This document shows, in pieces, positions 39,651-53,695 of a stretch of 64,000 nt of DNA (its first letter is position 1; each line of letters starts with the position of its first letter). Made by a program: the position numbers and the translations under genes. The notes below the pieces were generated by a model, which worked only from the letters and a program-made list of their open reading frames with translations, had not been told where the DNA came from and ran no database searches. The stretch covers positions 16,182,001 to 16,246,000 of the forward strand of contig JBHGNT010000014.1 of assembly GCA_043228905.1 (NCBI GenBank). Direction: 5' to 3'. This stretch comes from Azolla caroliniana. Taxonomy: Eukaryota > Plantae > Polypodiophyta.

Positions 39651-41063
39651 CCATAGAATATAAATTAATTATGCATTTCCCAATTATGTCTCTATCCCCA
39701 ATATCTCAGACATAGAAAAATGATCTTCATCTTTGATTTTGGGTTGATCTCTGTGAATTGTGCAAATAATGTCCATATGGGCATCAAATAACAAACTCAT
39801 AATGAGCTTGGTCCCCACAAAGAAGTAATCTCATGAGAAGACTTTTCTCATAGTTGTGGTAGCAATTAAGCAATGATAAACATTGGCTACTTTCTTTACT
39901 CGTCCACTACTTTACGAGGGTTTTTTTCTTTGTTATCTTTACCTATAAAGATTGGCTAGGATCGTTCGACATGGCTTTACAACATTGATTGTAATATTGG
40001 ACTACTTTGTATATTGCCTCTTGCCACTTTACTTTTAATACCAATGGAGGATATTTTTCTTGGAAAAGAAATTTAAGCAATGATAAAGAGGTCAATGAAT
40101 AATAGATCCTAACTCACAAATTGCTTTTTATTCACAATAAACATGAATCCCATGATAGATGGATTATCTCCCAACTCATGATAGGACTGGTCCCAAGCCA
40201 GGATCACAATCTAAACCACAATAGTGTTAATAAAGGAAATGAAGGAGCAAGATTAGGAAAAGAGACAAAGAAATAGTGAGACTTGAAGCACAACATTGGA
40301 AAAGTTATAAAATACACTTCTAATAGTCTTTGAAGTTTTTTCTTCACATTTAGCAAGCTTGACCTAAAGCTTAATCTTCTCTTAATTCCTTAAACTTCTC
40401 ATTACCTAACCCAAAACTTGATTCTTAATCCTACATGATCTCTTATCCCTCAATCAAGTGGTTGGTCACTTTCTTTAGTTGCTTTCATCGCCTATTTTGT
40501 TCAATAGTTTAACATTGATATTTAAGGTATTAAGCACGCTTGATTAAATTTAGGCTTTCTTATTGTGTGTTTAAATTAAGTTTAGTGCTTATTTACTCAT
40601 TTCTCTGTATTTGCTAATGGGATTAGGAGTGTCTTGACATCTACCCCTACTTGTCCCACCAACCATAGAGTAGTTGACATTGTCCTAACCCATAGATATT
40701 GATTCTAGATATAGTTAGAACTAGATAGATCAAAGTTAGGTAAGTCTTAAGCTTCCCCATATTGGCGTTGTTGTCACAGACTAGGGTAATGTTGATGCCT
40801 TAGATTGGTTTTTTTGTAAATTCTCATGACAAGTGAGCAAATTTGATAAGTTCAATCCCCCTAATCAACCTAAGCTTATTTGTCCTAAAATCATTTGTGT
40901 GTTCTCACAATTGATTAATTCAACATTTTATTATATAGCCTTTCATATTTTCCATTTTTTTGCTTAATTTGGTGTTATTTTGTGTCGATGAATTATTTAA
41001 TTTCTTGTACTTGGTGCATAATCTTCAATGCTCATAGCTTTAGGAAGCAAAAGATTGACATCA

Positions 41064-42644
41064 TTGCTTAATTAGCCTTCTACTTGGGATTCACTGCTTA
41101 ATCAACCTCTTCTTGCAAATTCTCTATTTCGGGATAATGCAGGAAAAGTGTTGGGCCTTAGAACTCACCTTGCCTAGGGTAAATTGTATAATGGGCCAGC
41201 TGCGTCTGTAAGCACTTGGATTCAATTCCAACAGATGCCACAAGCAGATCGTCTTGCGCATTTACAAGCTGTTCATGGTGCCAAGATTCAACGACATATT
41301 CCTCATTGGCAGCAACCGTCCAACCCATACAAGAACATTTTTGGTTTGGATGCTTCATAAATGACACATTGTTGGCTGTGAAGGGTATCTCACCTAATGG
41401 GTGCATTTCTTTTTTGAGGTTCTTGACAACAATAGATTGCAACCTCATGCCTTTGATTGCAACTATCTACAACACACACGGAATGCACCAGTCAGAGTGG
41501 TTGCTAAAATGCGAAAGAAGTGGCCGCTTGATCCTTACCCTTCCATCGCTCATATGTGTGATATGATGTGGTTGTATGCAAAAGAACTTGTTGCGAGATT
41601 ACTATGGGATCCGGGGGGTTGGTTCTGGTCATATTCATTGGGGGAACGGATCATAAAGGTTCCCTTCTTTCAGTATTCAATGAAGCTTGGAAGGTCATTA
41701 CTAATGTCTACGAATGTAATGGTGCGAGCAACTAAAAAACATTGGACTAACTGGGGTGTTTCAACGTTGCAGTTGAAAACCTATTGGAGATGATTTGGTC
41801 TTTCAAGGGGCCCACTAAATTTATTCTTTTTAGATGGCTATTATTGCATGCAACATTACCAATTGGCCAATCATTGAACGGGAATGTAGCACCTAATCTC
41901 GGGCAATGTGGCTTTTGCTATGCAACTCGGGAGACTACTAACCATGCTCTCTGGTCTCATCCCTTGGCTCAACAAGTATGGAATAAAGTTCTTTCTTTAT
42001 TCCGAACGATCAATGTTGGTTGCTTGTTCTCATGGGGAGTAGCGGTGTGGGAGTTTTACATTCCATCGTGATGTTGTATGAGGCGGACGATATTCAAGAG
42101 GCTATGATGGTACACAATAGAAGATTGATATTGGTTAGTCCGTTTCAGCAGTTACCTCGAAAGAAGGTGCGATCAATTGTGACTACAATAACGTTATGGG
42201 TATTATGGAAATGTAGATGTAGTTGACTTTATGATGCAACAAATCTTGGTCCTTCACATGTACTGCTTGAGATATGGGAAACACTGCTCACAGTAGTCTG
42301 TGGGTAGTATGATAATATCTATGGTTCTCCAGAAAATGTTCATAAGAGAAGGATGAAGCTTCTTCATTTATGGAGGAAGTTGTCCCTCTTTGTATTGTCA
42401 AATCAAGGGTCTCAATGGAACTATCAACTTCCATGGACCCTTTCTTGAATATTAGTACATAATGGGAATATACCACAGTATCAGGGTTCAATACCCCTTT
42501 ATAAGTTGTTTTTGTATGTACACGTTTGGTGTACATACAATGTCTTTTATTCTACGTTGTAAGCATCTAGGTAGATAACTTCAACATGCAGTCTTCAGAT
42601 GTTTTTTAATACTATTGAAGAAAATCTTTGAAGGAAAAAGAAAG
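41064..42644 (+). mobile_element. 5'-truncated L1 LINE (ORF2 3' end with zf-RVT)
   Basis: FILFRWLLLHATLP...QCGFCYATRETTNHALWSHPLAQQVW; A-rich tail ~42630-42644; 14-bp TSD AAAGATTGACATCA (41050-41063, 42645-42658). Confidence 0.85.
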
Positions 42645-42759
42645 AAAGATTGACATCACAAAAGATGGGGAAAACACACCACCACCCATGATAAAAAAAG
42701 TTCCAACAAAGAGATCTAATGTCACAAGGGAAAAGCACAAAAGAACCAATCTAAGAAAA

Positions 42760-43291
42760 TGATAGAAATAATGCTCGGACACAACCGAGTTCCACAATGC
42801 AAATGGAAGATTGAACACAAATTAAGAATGCACTTAACAAGATGGAAGAGATGACACCAAATGTTAACGTGGAAAACCCTGATCGGGAAAAACCACGGGA
42901 GCCCACAGACTCCAAACTATACCACCACAGAGAGGAAGGGTACAATGAGAGACTGAGAGGCAACGACCTCGAGCTTTGTCTTCGTCAACCGGCGGTTACA
43001 ATAGAAAATACTTTATGTTTCTCTCTCACTCTTAGACTGTCTCTTTGTACAACAATAACAACTTAATAAAAATGATCTACAACTATAGTATTGCCCTAGT
43101 TATATTTATACTTATATAACTTTGGGGATATTTACAAATATGACCTCAACAGTCACATCAGAACATATTTACTAGTATGTCCGGCTGGATACCAACCGGA
43201 TCCATCCGATCCGGTTCCTTCCTTTGTCCTGTCCGATCCGGCTCATCCGGTTCTCATCAGGATCCCATTCAGAGGGACCAACTTCCCAACA
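42760..43291 (-). repeat. 3' LTR of the copia element
   Basis: Direct repeat of 54836-55385; adjacent to the PPT. Confidence 0.9.
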
Positions 43292-43396
43292 AACTCCCCC
43301 TTCACTCTGGCATGGGATGTCTCGTCAGTCTGATCCGTCTTCGGCACGCGTCCAACTTGTCGACTGACAACATCTTGGTCAGCATGTCCGACCCGT

Positions 43397-44628
43397 TGTC
43401 GCATATTTCCGCGTGTGCGTGTAGAATAAGGCGGGACCACGGGGGTCTTGGACTAGGGAGTAGATGGGAAAACATGTATGAGCAAAGTGGAAAAGATTAA
43501 CACGGTAGAGAAAGTAGAAATGTTGAGAAGCAAGCTCAACATGGTATGTGATGCTTATTAGGAAATAAGCTATAGTAGCTATTTAGCTACTTGTGAACAT
43601 AAAGGAGAAACAACTAATTAGCTACTGACAGCTATTTAGCGACTGACAGCTAATTAGCTACTGACAACTATTTAGCGACTGACAGCTAATTAGCTACAGG
43701 CAGCTAATTAGTTGCATACGTAAGTAACTTATTACTTAGGTAAAAAGTAAGAGAGTAGGTAAGTAAGAAGAAGATACACAGGAAGTAGAACTCTGAGAGA
43801 TAGAGCGAGGATAGAGAGGAAGAACTCAGAGAGTGAGAGCTGAAGAGAGAAACAGACGAGAGCAAGTAGAGCTCTGCGGGTAATGAAATAGAAGAAGTTT
43901 TGGCTGCTACAGAGGTAAGTCTCCTTCCCCCTTCCCTTCTGTGTTTGAGCACCAAACGATCTTGCACACCACGATCCGCCGCACACATAAGAAGAGCCCA
44001 AGTGCCTTCTTCACGTTTTCTTAACAAGAAAGAGACAAGATTTATGAAGTTATGTATATTATGGGCATGAAAGCCGCAATGTGATTACAACTGTGGCCGC
44101 GTGGGCCGGACTCAAAACATATGTAGAATGTAAACCCTAATCGGATAAGTAAAGAAAGAAATGAAGAAACCCTAAACCGAATAGAAACCCTCGACCTAAG
44201 TGGTATACCTCTTCTCACTCAAAATAGGCAACCCCTTCACAAGAGACCCTTCACTCCCTTTTATAGTAGTAAGGAGTGAGGCACATTACAAAAGGAGAGG
44301 TCAAATCCCCTTCTTTCAATGGTGAATATTTTTCCTTGATCTTAAATCGGTGGGCCTTTAACTCTCTCTCCTCTCACATTCACACTCAATGCCCACTACT
44401 CCCTACACCCATTCTTCATGTACTTTCCTAGTCTACAAAGTGCACATCATCTTTATGCCTCTACAAACCTCATGGTGCACCTTTAGCACCTTAGATTATT
44501 ACCCTTCCCCTTACATTTTGTTATCTTATTCTCATTATACAAATTTACCAGTGAATGTGCAATGTTGCACATCCCCATTTTATTTGTCCTACTCGAGTTT
44601 CTCACCGTAGCCAGAAATCTTCACGACA
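43397..44628 (-). mobile_element. Solo LTR of the Ylt1-like Ty3 family inserted in the copia RNase H
   Basis: TGTCG...CTTCACGACA termini shared with the LTRs at 47747 and 53700, and the CTTCACGACA end also with 61185; shared GGGACCACGGGGGTCTTGGA motif; 4-bp TSD CCGT (43393-43396, 44629-44632). Removing it restores the copia frame IHTEENGSDMLTK. Contains 18-bp GCTA(A/T)TTAGC(T/G)ACTGACA repeats at ~43612-43710. Confidence 0.85.
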
Positions 44629-47600
44629 CCGTTCTCCTCTGTATGGATCTTTGTCAGCAAAAACTCTTTATCTTCTACCTTCTCTTAGAGCTAGTGATAT
44701 CTCCTCTAGATGTGCTTAGTCCGGGAGTGGTAAGTTGCGTTCTTCGTAAGGTGGATGACACTTTGACTGTCACAATAGCAGATATTCCTCTTGTCAGATC
44801 CCTAGCTCTTCGATGAAGTCCTTCATCTTGATTACTTCCTTGCCGGCTTCTACAACCGCCATGTATTCGGCTTCCGTTGTCGATAATGCAATGGACTTCT
44901 GCAACCTTGACTGCCACGATACGACTCCCCCTGCATATGTCATGACGTATCCGGACGTAGACCGGCTAGTATCTACATCGGCCGACATGTTCGAATCGGT
45001 GAAACCTTCCAGTTCGGGCTTGCCTAAGCCCAATCAGAGGCACATATTTGAATTGTCTTTCAAATACCAGAGTATCCACTTGACAACGGCCCAATGCTCT
45101 TTTCCCGGATTGCTCATGAAACGGTTGACCCCTCCGACTGCATATCTGATGTCCGATTGGGTACACCATTGCCTACATCAAGCTTCCGATGGTTGAGGCA
45201 TACGCTACCCTCGTCATCTCCGATTTCTTTGCCTTTTTCTTCGAACTTTGTTTTCAGGACATCCTGTAGTTTATCGGAAGTGTCAACTTGACCGGCTTTG
45301 CATCTGTCGTACTGAACTATTGAACCACCTTTGTCACGTACTTCTCCTGTGACAACCATAACTGTTTCTTTGTCCGGTCCCGGATTATGTGCATTCCCAG
45401 TATCTGTCTCGCCAGACCCAAATCTTTCATTGAGAAGGTCCGGTTCAAGGCCTTTGTTAGATTCTGATTTTGATTCGGTCCAATCTGATGATCAACATGT
45501 CATCCACATACAGTAGGAGTATCAAGAAATCGCCTCCGTCAAATTTCTTCACAAACAAACAGTGGTTGACCTTTTTCTTGTGGTATCCTTGGTCGGTCAT
45601 GAAGGAGTCAAACTTCCAGTACCATTGTCGGGGAGCTTGCTTCAGTCCATATAAGCTCTTCTTCAACCGACACACCAGGTTCTCCTTCCCTTTCTTGACA
45701 AATCCCTTCGGTTGCTGCATGTAAATCTCCTCCTCGAGGTCCCTGTGAAGGAACGTCGTCTTAACATCGAGTTGTTTGACCTTGAGGTCCATGCTCACCA
45801 CTATGCTCAACACCGTTCGGATGGATGTCATCCTAACTATCAGGGCAAAGATCTCGGCGAAATCCACTCCTTTCTTCTGTTGAAACCCCTTCACCATGAT
45901 CCGGCCTTTATATCTTGGTGGATTTCCGGCGTCTCCCGGTTTTAACTTGTACACCCACTTGTTTCGGAGCGCTTTCTTTCCTTTCGGCAGCTCCGTCAAT
46001 TCATATGTGTGGTTCTCATGCAGGGAATCCATTTCATCCTGCATGGCACTCAACCACCTACGGCTGTGGGTGTCCCTCATAATTTGCTTCATTAAGGTTT
46101 TCCGGCTCCCCCTCATCGGTTAGTAGCACATGCTTTGCATTCGGAAATCTCCGTGGGGCTCTTCTTCCTCTTAGAAGGTATCTTCTTCCTTGGTTTTCGG
46201 CCACTGGTTCTTCAGTCGGTTCTTCATCCGAATCTGATTCGGGGTCTTGTCCGGTTCCGACGTCTGATTCTTCTTCTTCGGTTTGTTCAGTTTCTTGTTC
46301 AAATCCAACCGGTTCATTGAGTGTCATCCGACTTCCGGCTGGGTGGGCCCTTGTATCTTTCGATCGATCTCTGTTGGTCATCCCGAAGTCCAATGTTTTC
46401 TTCTTCGACTCCCAGTCGGTAATGATCTTGTCTTCCATGAAGACTATGTCTCGACTCCGGAAAACCTTCTTGTCGACCAAGTCCCACACTCCATAGCCAA
46501 ACTGATCATCGTTGTATCCAAGGAATATGAGGGGTTGGGACTTCAGGTCCAATTTCGCCCTCTTGTCCTTTGCTATAAGCATGTGGGCGAGATAATTGAA
46601 CACCTTCAGATGCCAGTAAGAAACGTCTTTACTGGTCCATATTCTCTGTGGTGTATTTCCTTCCAAGGGTGTTGAGGGTTTTTATTATTATCACATAGGT
46701 CGTTGTCATTAGCGCCTCAACCCAAAATGTCTTGGACAACTTAGCATGTGCCAACATGCTCCAAACTCTCTCCATCATGGTTGAGTTCATCCTTTTGACC
46801 AAACCGTTCAGTTCCGGCGTCTTCGACATGGTAAATTTGAGTTGGATTCCTTTCGATAGGAAGTATTCCTCGAACTGGCCCGATACTCTCCACTATTGTC
46901 GGTTCGAATTGTCTTCAACTTCCGACCGGTTTCTCTTTCCACTCTTGCGTGGAACTCCTTGAAGACGGTCAATACCTCGACATCAGGTACAATGTGTTGA
47001 TTTCCAGGCTCGGTTCACGATCAGGCTCCCTTTGCTGAAATTCATGACTCCGTTCCGGATGCTAACCATGTAGCCTTCATCATCCAGTCGACCGGCTGAT
47101 ATCAGATTCAACTGAACCTCCAGAACGCGTCAGACATCTTTCAATAGCAACTTGCACCCGGTTGACGTCGTCAGCCACAAGTCTCCTATGTTGACAATTT
47201 GGCGTGCACCTTCATTCCCCATCCTCACACAACCATGATCTTCGGCTCTATAGGATGCGAAGCACTTATGGTCGGGAATCAGATGGAACGACACTCCGAA
47301 GTCGACCACCCACGTCATCTCGTCACTGACAAGATGTAGCTCACTCTCCTCGGTGATGAGCATCTGTTCTTCCTCGTTTGTCGCAATTGCCAACATCCCT
47401 TTCTGATCTGAACTCTTTTGGTCCGAACTCTTCTTCGAGTCGATATTGTCGCCCCCTTTCTCTTTCTGGTAATGTCGGTAGTTCTTTTGGAAATGCCACG
47501 ACTTCCAGCAATAGAAGCATGTGGGCCTCCCCCTTGACTTTGACCTCGTCCCCGATTTGTCCCGGTTCTAGGGACTCCGATTGCGGCCTCTTCCCTGTTG

Positions 47601-50600
47601 TGTGTCCGTTTCGATAATTAGGGCTTTTGAGTTGGAGATCACTTGACTTTCTGACGAGCCTCTTCATCCAACAAGCTTGATTTTACTCTCGTTAGGGATA
47701 GGTGTTTAGCTTCCGGCTCGACGTTGCGCAAAGTGACAACTAACGTTGTCGAGTTGTTACACTCTTCGCGTGTGGAAAGAGGCGGGACCGCGGGGGCCTT
47801 GTACCAAGGAGCGTGAGAAAGAAGATAGAGTGAGAGAGAGCAACTTGCAGAAACACAGAGGGAGAAAGAGAGAGAGACAATGTCTTAATTATAAATCAAT
47901 AATGATTACAACCGGCAAGTCGGCGGCGGACCCAACTTAGGCGAACACACACACACACACGATTCTCACGCACGCACATAGCTCGACTGCATAGTGGAGC
48001 CTCTGCCGGAAGCACCCAGGCTATCCATGAAGCAGAGGCAACACAGGCCGAAATCCTGCAGAGAAAGACGAACGATGGAGCAGAGAGCTTGGTCCCGGTT
48101 CGACAACACTTCGTCCTCGCTCCCCAAAACGCGATATCTTATTTCGCCTTCTTCCTCCCCTTTTATAGGCCGTCCAGCAGGCCGTTACACCCTCGTTTTT
48201 ATCAATTTATGCTCTGTCCTTTCGGACAGAGATACTCTTCGATTTCCTAGACATTCAATGTGTCACATCTAGTCTATTTACACCCATCATCCTACTCCTA
48301 GTTATGTACAAGGTATTAATTGGCGTGGAAAGTGTAAAGCCGGTTCATGCGCCTTGCGTCGCCGATTCCGCTTCTGGCCGGTTTTCTTCACGACATCCAC
48401 CCCCACCAAACCGCGCATCCACTGGTATGCGCCGGAGTAGAACCGATACTGGAGAAAACCAGCTCACGTTCACTCGTCGCTCTTCGGACTATTGGTGTCC
48501 GCGAACCGATCGTCCTCGTTATCACTCCCCCGCTACGGCTCGTCTTCGTACTGCTTCTTGAACATTTTAATCCGCTTCCCGGCTACTAGCACCACCAATT
48601 GTGCCCCGTCGAGCTCCGCAAGATGGTACGTGCCGTTGTCGTTCGTGCTCGTCACCGTGTAGGGCCCGAACCATCTCCTCGCAAATTTGCGGGTCGCCTT
48701 GTGCTGGTTGTCGAGACTGCTGTCGTAAACCAGCACCCAGTCGCCTTCCTCAATCTTCTTCGGTCGTAGCCGGTGCGTCTGGTCGAACCGGGTTTTCTTC
48801 CGTTCCCTTGTCGCGCGCAGCTTCTCCTTCGCCCGTTCCATGTCATCCGGTCCCGCTCAAGTTGCTGGATCCGCGCCGCCAACAACTCTTCCTGGCTCAT
48901 TTCGTCCTTCTAGCCCACCGCGGTCAACGAAGAAATCGTCCGTTCCACCGTCATGATCGGCTTTTGCCCGTACATTAGTTCCACCGGCATGAACCCCGTT
49001 ACCGAACTGTGCGTAGTCCGGTCCGCCCACAACGCATAGGGTAAGTGTCGCGGCTAGTTTCCGACTTGGTCTCCACACGCCCGTACTAACGCTTTGACGA
49101 CCGGTCCGTGTCCGCATTCCACTTTCCCGTTAGCCTCCGGATTGTACGCCGTGGTGAGCGAGATTTTAACCCCTACTCGGCCAAACATCTCTTCAGCCTC
49201 TTGCGCGTCTAGTTCTCCGCGGTCGGCCACGATCTTGCTGACGCACCTGTACCGGCATACCACATCTTCGATTAGAAACCGGCACACGGTTGCGGTCATT
49301 TGGTTTTGCAACGCTCGGTCTTCCACCTGGTTCGTCAGGTCCTCCCGAGCCAGCACTAGATATCGTATCTGCCTTACCCCCATCGACATCGTCACCAGAT
49401 CCACCATCCACTTGAAGTGGACGCTTTCTTCCGCACCTGGCGGGCCTCTTCTCTCGTCCACGCCGCGTCCGGCGCCATCGTCCGTAGGAACCTCCCGATT
49501 CAGAGCTACTCTCCGTCGTATTCGCTCTCGTCGAACCCGTGAAGTGCCGGAGTGCTCCCCGTCCTAGTTGTCACGCCAATTGATCCGAATAAGTCCTCGC
49601 CGACGTCTTCGTCTTCCGAAACCATGCCGTCCTCGTCGCTGAACTGTGCCCTCGAAAACATCTCGGCCATGGCGTTGTCCTTTCCGGAAATGTGTTGTAT
49701 TTCAGGATTAAGGGACTTGACGTACGCTATCCACTGGAGCATTGCCAGGTCCGATGTCGCGCACCCGGAAATCATATTGAGAATTGGTAGGAAATCCGTC
49801 TCAATGATTACCTCCGTCCCGATCAGATAGTCTTTGTCGGCCTTAACTGCCGAAACGATACCCCACAACTTGCGTTTAACTTGGGTGTATCCTCGCTGCC
49901 GCTCGCTCAATACCTTTGCCCCGAACCGGATCGGGAATCGTACGCCGTCCTTGTCCTCCTGACTGATCACCCACCCGATCCCGGTCGGGCTCGTGTTCAC
50001 CGTCACGTAGATGGGGACTTCCTTGCCGTAAACCGCTTTCCGGAGAGCTGGTGCCGCAGCAAGCGCCTCCTTTAGTCTCCGGACAGACTTCGTGTGATCT
50101 GTCCTCCACTTGAACCTACACCCTTTCTTCAATAGCCCGTAGAGCGGTTCTGCGACATGCGCGTAGTGAGGAATCTAGATGTGGTAGAACGCGCACACAC
50201 CCAAGAATCTGCGGACCTCCGTAACTGACCCACAATCGTCCTTCATCACGGAGATGGTTTCTACCTTTGCCGGGGACAGTTTCCGGCCATAGGGCCCGCA
50301 CAGGTGTCCGACTACCAGGATCTCCATTTGCCCGAACGCTGATTTCTCTCCAGAGAAGGTGAGCTGCGCACTCTCGAGCCTCTGCAACACCTTATTGCAG
50401 TCGTCGATGTGGTTCGCGACGAACCTCCGGCATCCGTCCGGGCCGACCATTTCGTTTGCATCCTCCACTGGACACCCCTTTATCGGTACATCCTCTAGGA
50501 ACGACATAGTGATGTCCGGGATGCAGTCCCTCAACACCTTGTTCATTGCGTTCACCATGTGCGCCACCGAATTCGTTCCTCCTTGCGATAGGGTACACAT

Positions 50601-51589
50601 CCGCACCAAGCCGAGAGGAGTCCACATTGTCGTGATGTCCCTGCTCTCTATGGCTAGTTGGAACTAGTCGTACCACAAGTATAAGTCACCGACCGAATAG
50701 ATAGACCTTCCGGCGAAGGCCTCCGCAAACTCGTCTATGGTCGGCCCAATTCCTGCATTACGGATGGTCACCTTGTTGACCGGTTGCAGGTCCTGTATGA
50801 AGCGCAACGTGCCATTCTTCTTTGGCACCGTGAACCACCGATTCGAGTATGGGGCACTCGACGGTTCGAGGATGCCCATATCCACCTTCTGCTTTAGTAG
50901 CTCCATCAACATCGAGATGTGAGCTCTGGGCACTAGAATCGATTTGAGATTCCATGGCAAATGCGGTACCGTGAAGATCACCATTGGCTCGACGATTGTC
51001 GGGTCTACGCACCCGATCTCCTCCGGCGAGAATGCGAAGGCCTTCCTGTGCATTCCGAGCATCCTCTGAAACCGGTCCTCCTCCTCCGGCAGTAGAAAGC
51101 CACCCCACCAACCTTGAGCCCTCGTAGCGTTATGTCGGTGAACCGGTGCCCTCTGTCGGCTGGATTCCGTAAACTTGGGTCCGACGCGACCCCCTTTATC
51201 CGCTCTCCGCTGCCCTCCGGCAAGGATGCCACAACTGGCCTCACCTTTCGGTGCACAGTCTTATACTTCGTATCCACGTGGGCTGTTCGATCCAACCCGA
51301 TCCTCTCCCCGAAGTCCGCGATGACTTCGTACATTCCCATCAAGCTAACCGGAACGGTCCGGTCTTCGCTAAGGCCTTCACCGACCACCTTTCGTAATTC
51401 GCCCAAGGTGTCGTCAAAAGAGACCGCCTCCACGACGCCACTAATTTCTTCGTCGGGGGAGAGGACTCCACACACCCTAAGTCGTCTCTCCGCCCGCTTC
51501 CTCTCTTGGCTACTGATGCCGGTTAACGTACAACCTCCGTTTTCGGAGAGCTAAAAATTCCTACCTATAATACATGTGTGGGGTTCTTC

Positions 51590-51643
51590 TGGGGTGTCCG
51601 GACTATTGCGGCCCCACGCCTTGATAGCCCTCTCTAAAAATCC
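51590..51643 (-). promoter_or_regulatory. Predicted -1 programmed ribosomal frameshift signal (G_GAU_UUU + pseudoknot)
   Basis: The gag-PR frame ends ...GGG GAT TTT TAG; the frame encoding KYKTVHRKVRPV is -1; 6-nt spacer, then a GGGCUAU/AUAGUCC stem with loop UGGGG complementary to downstream CCCCA. Confidence 0.65.
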
Positions 51644-53677
51644 CCTCGGCCATTGCCGTCGAGGGTCTCGCGGTTTCGCTCGTGGTTGGGTCGCACTGTC
51701 ATGAATTGGACGGAATGCCGACCGTCTTGGCTCTTGATGCGCGCATATGCCGAACTATTGTCCAGTACTTTCGTCTCCATGCGTGCTGTCGTAATGTACG
51801 GTTCGCTGAGAATTACCGGGTGCGAGGAAGTCTCCTGCACGAAGAAATGCCGATCTATCTCAACGTCACCGATCTTCACGCGTACGTTCGGGCACGCACC
51901 ATGCAGCTCCTCTATAGCGTGCTTCGCCGCTCGTATCTTCCACCCGTGCTTGGTGTTGATCGGCCATTTCCCCTTTTTATAGAAGTTCATGGACATCAGA
52001 TTGATCTCCGAACCGTGGTCTACCAATGCCACCACTGGCTCCTGGACGTCGCCGATCTGAACAGGGGTTTCCAAGTCCATGGACATCAGGTTGATCTCCG
52101 AACCGTGGTCTACCAATGCCACCACCGGCTCTTGGACGTCGCCGATCCGAACAGGGGTTTCCGTAGTGGCCCTAGCCCAATGCAGCTTCGCGTAGTGGCT
52201 TTCCGTCAACTCGTCCTCTAGGGCCGTGTCTTCTAAGTGCCTCGTCCACACTTCCACCGGCCTCTCCGGTTCTGGCTCCGCCGAGAGCCTCTTCCACTTC
52301 ACCTAGTCCACGATGGAGTCGTGGAACTCCTTCTTGGCGATTCCCAGCACCTCCCGTAATGACAACTCGACCTTGCTGTAGAGAATTCTCTCTTCCAGGA
52401 CCTTCCGCAGGTCCATTCTTCTTTCGATTTCAGTGCTCAGCCGGAAACCGGCCTGCTTCTTCTTCTCCGGTGCGCTGGCATTGGCGGCCTCATTCGGCTT
52501 CGGTCCGAACCGGGTTTCGTACCGCTGCGAGGGGCCGCCCCCTCCGGCCTTTCCTGCACGCTTGTCCTCTACCAGAACCTCGTGGTTTTGGCATGCAGCC
52601 GCCACGAAGCTAGTCTTTTCTTCCACCGGGTCGTCCCATTCGGTAACGTCCCGAATCCGTTGTTCCGCACGGTCTGCCTCTTCCTTCTTCAGTCGTACCC
52701 CGGAGAGACCCTCTAGCACCAACGGCCAAAATCTGGAATCCTTCGCTTTTCGGGCCTCATCACCCCCGACTTGGATTCCTGCCAATGCCGAGTAGTTAAC
52801 GACCTTTGCATGTCGTCCCGCGGCCTCTTCCATCAATTGCTTCATTCCGCCGCGCCCCGTATTCAGCTCTAGGGCTTTCCGGGTCTCGCTCGCGTGCACC
52901 CGCCCGTTCTAGAGGTACACCACGTTGGTCCTGAGTGCCTCGACGAAATCCGCGCATTCTTTCTGGATGTGGCCGACCGCGTCGCACCACATGCACCACT
53001 GCCCCGCCGACGGCCTTCAGTCACGAGACTATTCGCCATCGTTCCTCCGGGCCTGCGCGATTTGGAGATCTCACACCATCTGCGACAGCTCTTCTGGAGT
53101 CGCGCCTCCGGAGGGACCTTTGACCACTCCGCCCGGGGCTGAGCCCGTCTCAAGCCAACTCCGAGTTTCTTCCTTCCTAGCCGGTACCGGCACCCCGAGC
53201 TCCCTCACCGGGACCGACCTCGCCGCCGCCAAGCCCTCGTCGCTCCACTCGCGCCGCTTGTCGAAACGACCGCAGACCCTCCTTACCATGGCCCAGTTTA
53301 CCGTGAGCCCATCATCCGTTTCCAACAGGGGACCCACCTTCTCCCTGTCCACGATGTCCACCGACTTGACGAATAGTAGTACTTTGCTTGTGTCGAGCAC
53401 GGTCCGGTCCAGCGTTGACAGCCGTGCGAACCGTTTCTCGAACTCCTGGAGGAGCACCGACGTGTTCCTCCCCTTCCCAGGGCTCTCAACCCATGCCATG
53501 AAGTCTCGCTTCGACAGCCGAAGCGAGTCATCGAACCCATACATCTCGAGGAGCTGCAGCTCGAACTCGTCCCAAGTTTGGCATCTGGCCAGCCCCTCGA
53601 GCACCTCTGCGTGGACGGCTACGACCATAGCTTCAGTAAGCTCGGATCCCCTCATTCTTCACTCCTTTGCCGCTTGC

Positions 53678-53695
53678 TTCATGTCGGGTTCACCA
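53678..53695 (-). promoter_or_regulatory. Primer binding site complementary to the tRNA-Trp 3' end
   Basis: Minus strand TGGTGAACCCGACATGAA, 4 nt from the 5' LTR. Matches my recollection of the plant cytosolic tRNA-Trp 3' end (TTCACGTCGGGTTCACCA) at 17/18 positions. Confidence 0.8.

Noticed and set aside
40081-40893. Possible solo LTR (TGATAA...AATCA)
   Set aside because: No TSD or second copy in the window, so boundaries cannot be supported.
51551-51562. Second slippery site (GAATTTTTAG)
   Set aside because: It lies in the pol frame, which resumes directly after it, so a point mutation to TAG is the simpler explanation.
53678-53695. tRNA-Trp gene
   Set aside because: Only the 18-nt 3' end including CCA is present, adjacent to an LTR; it is a PBS, not a tRNA gene.
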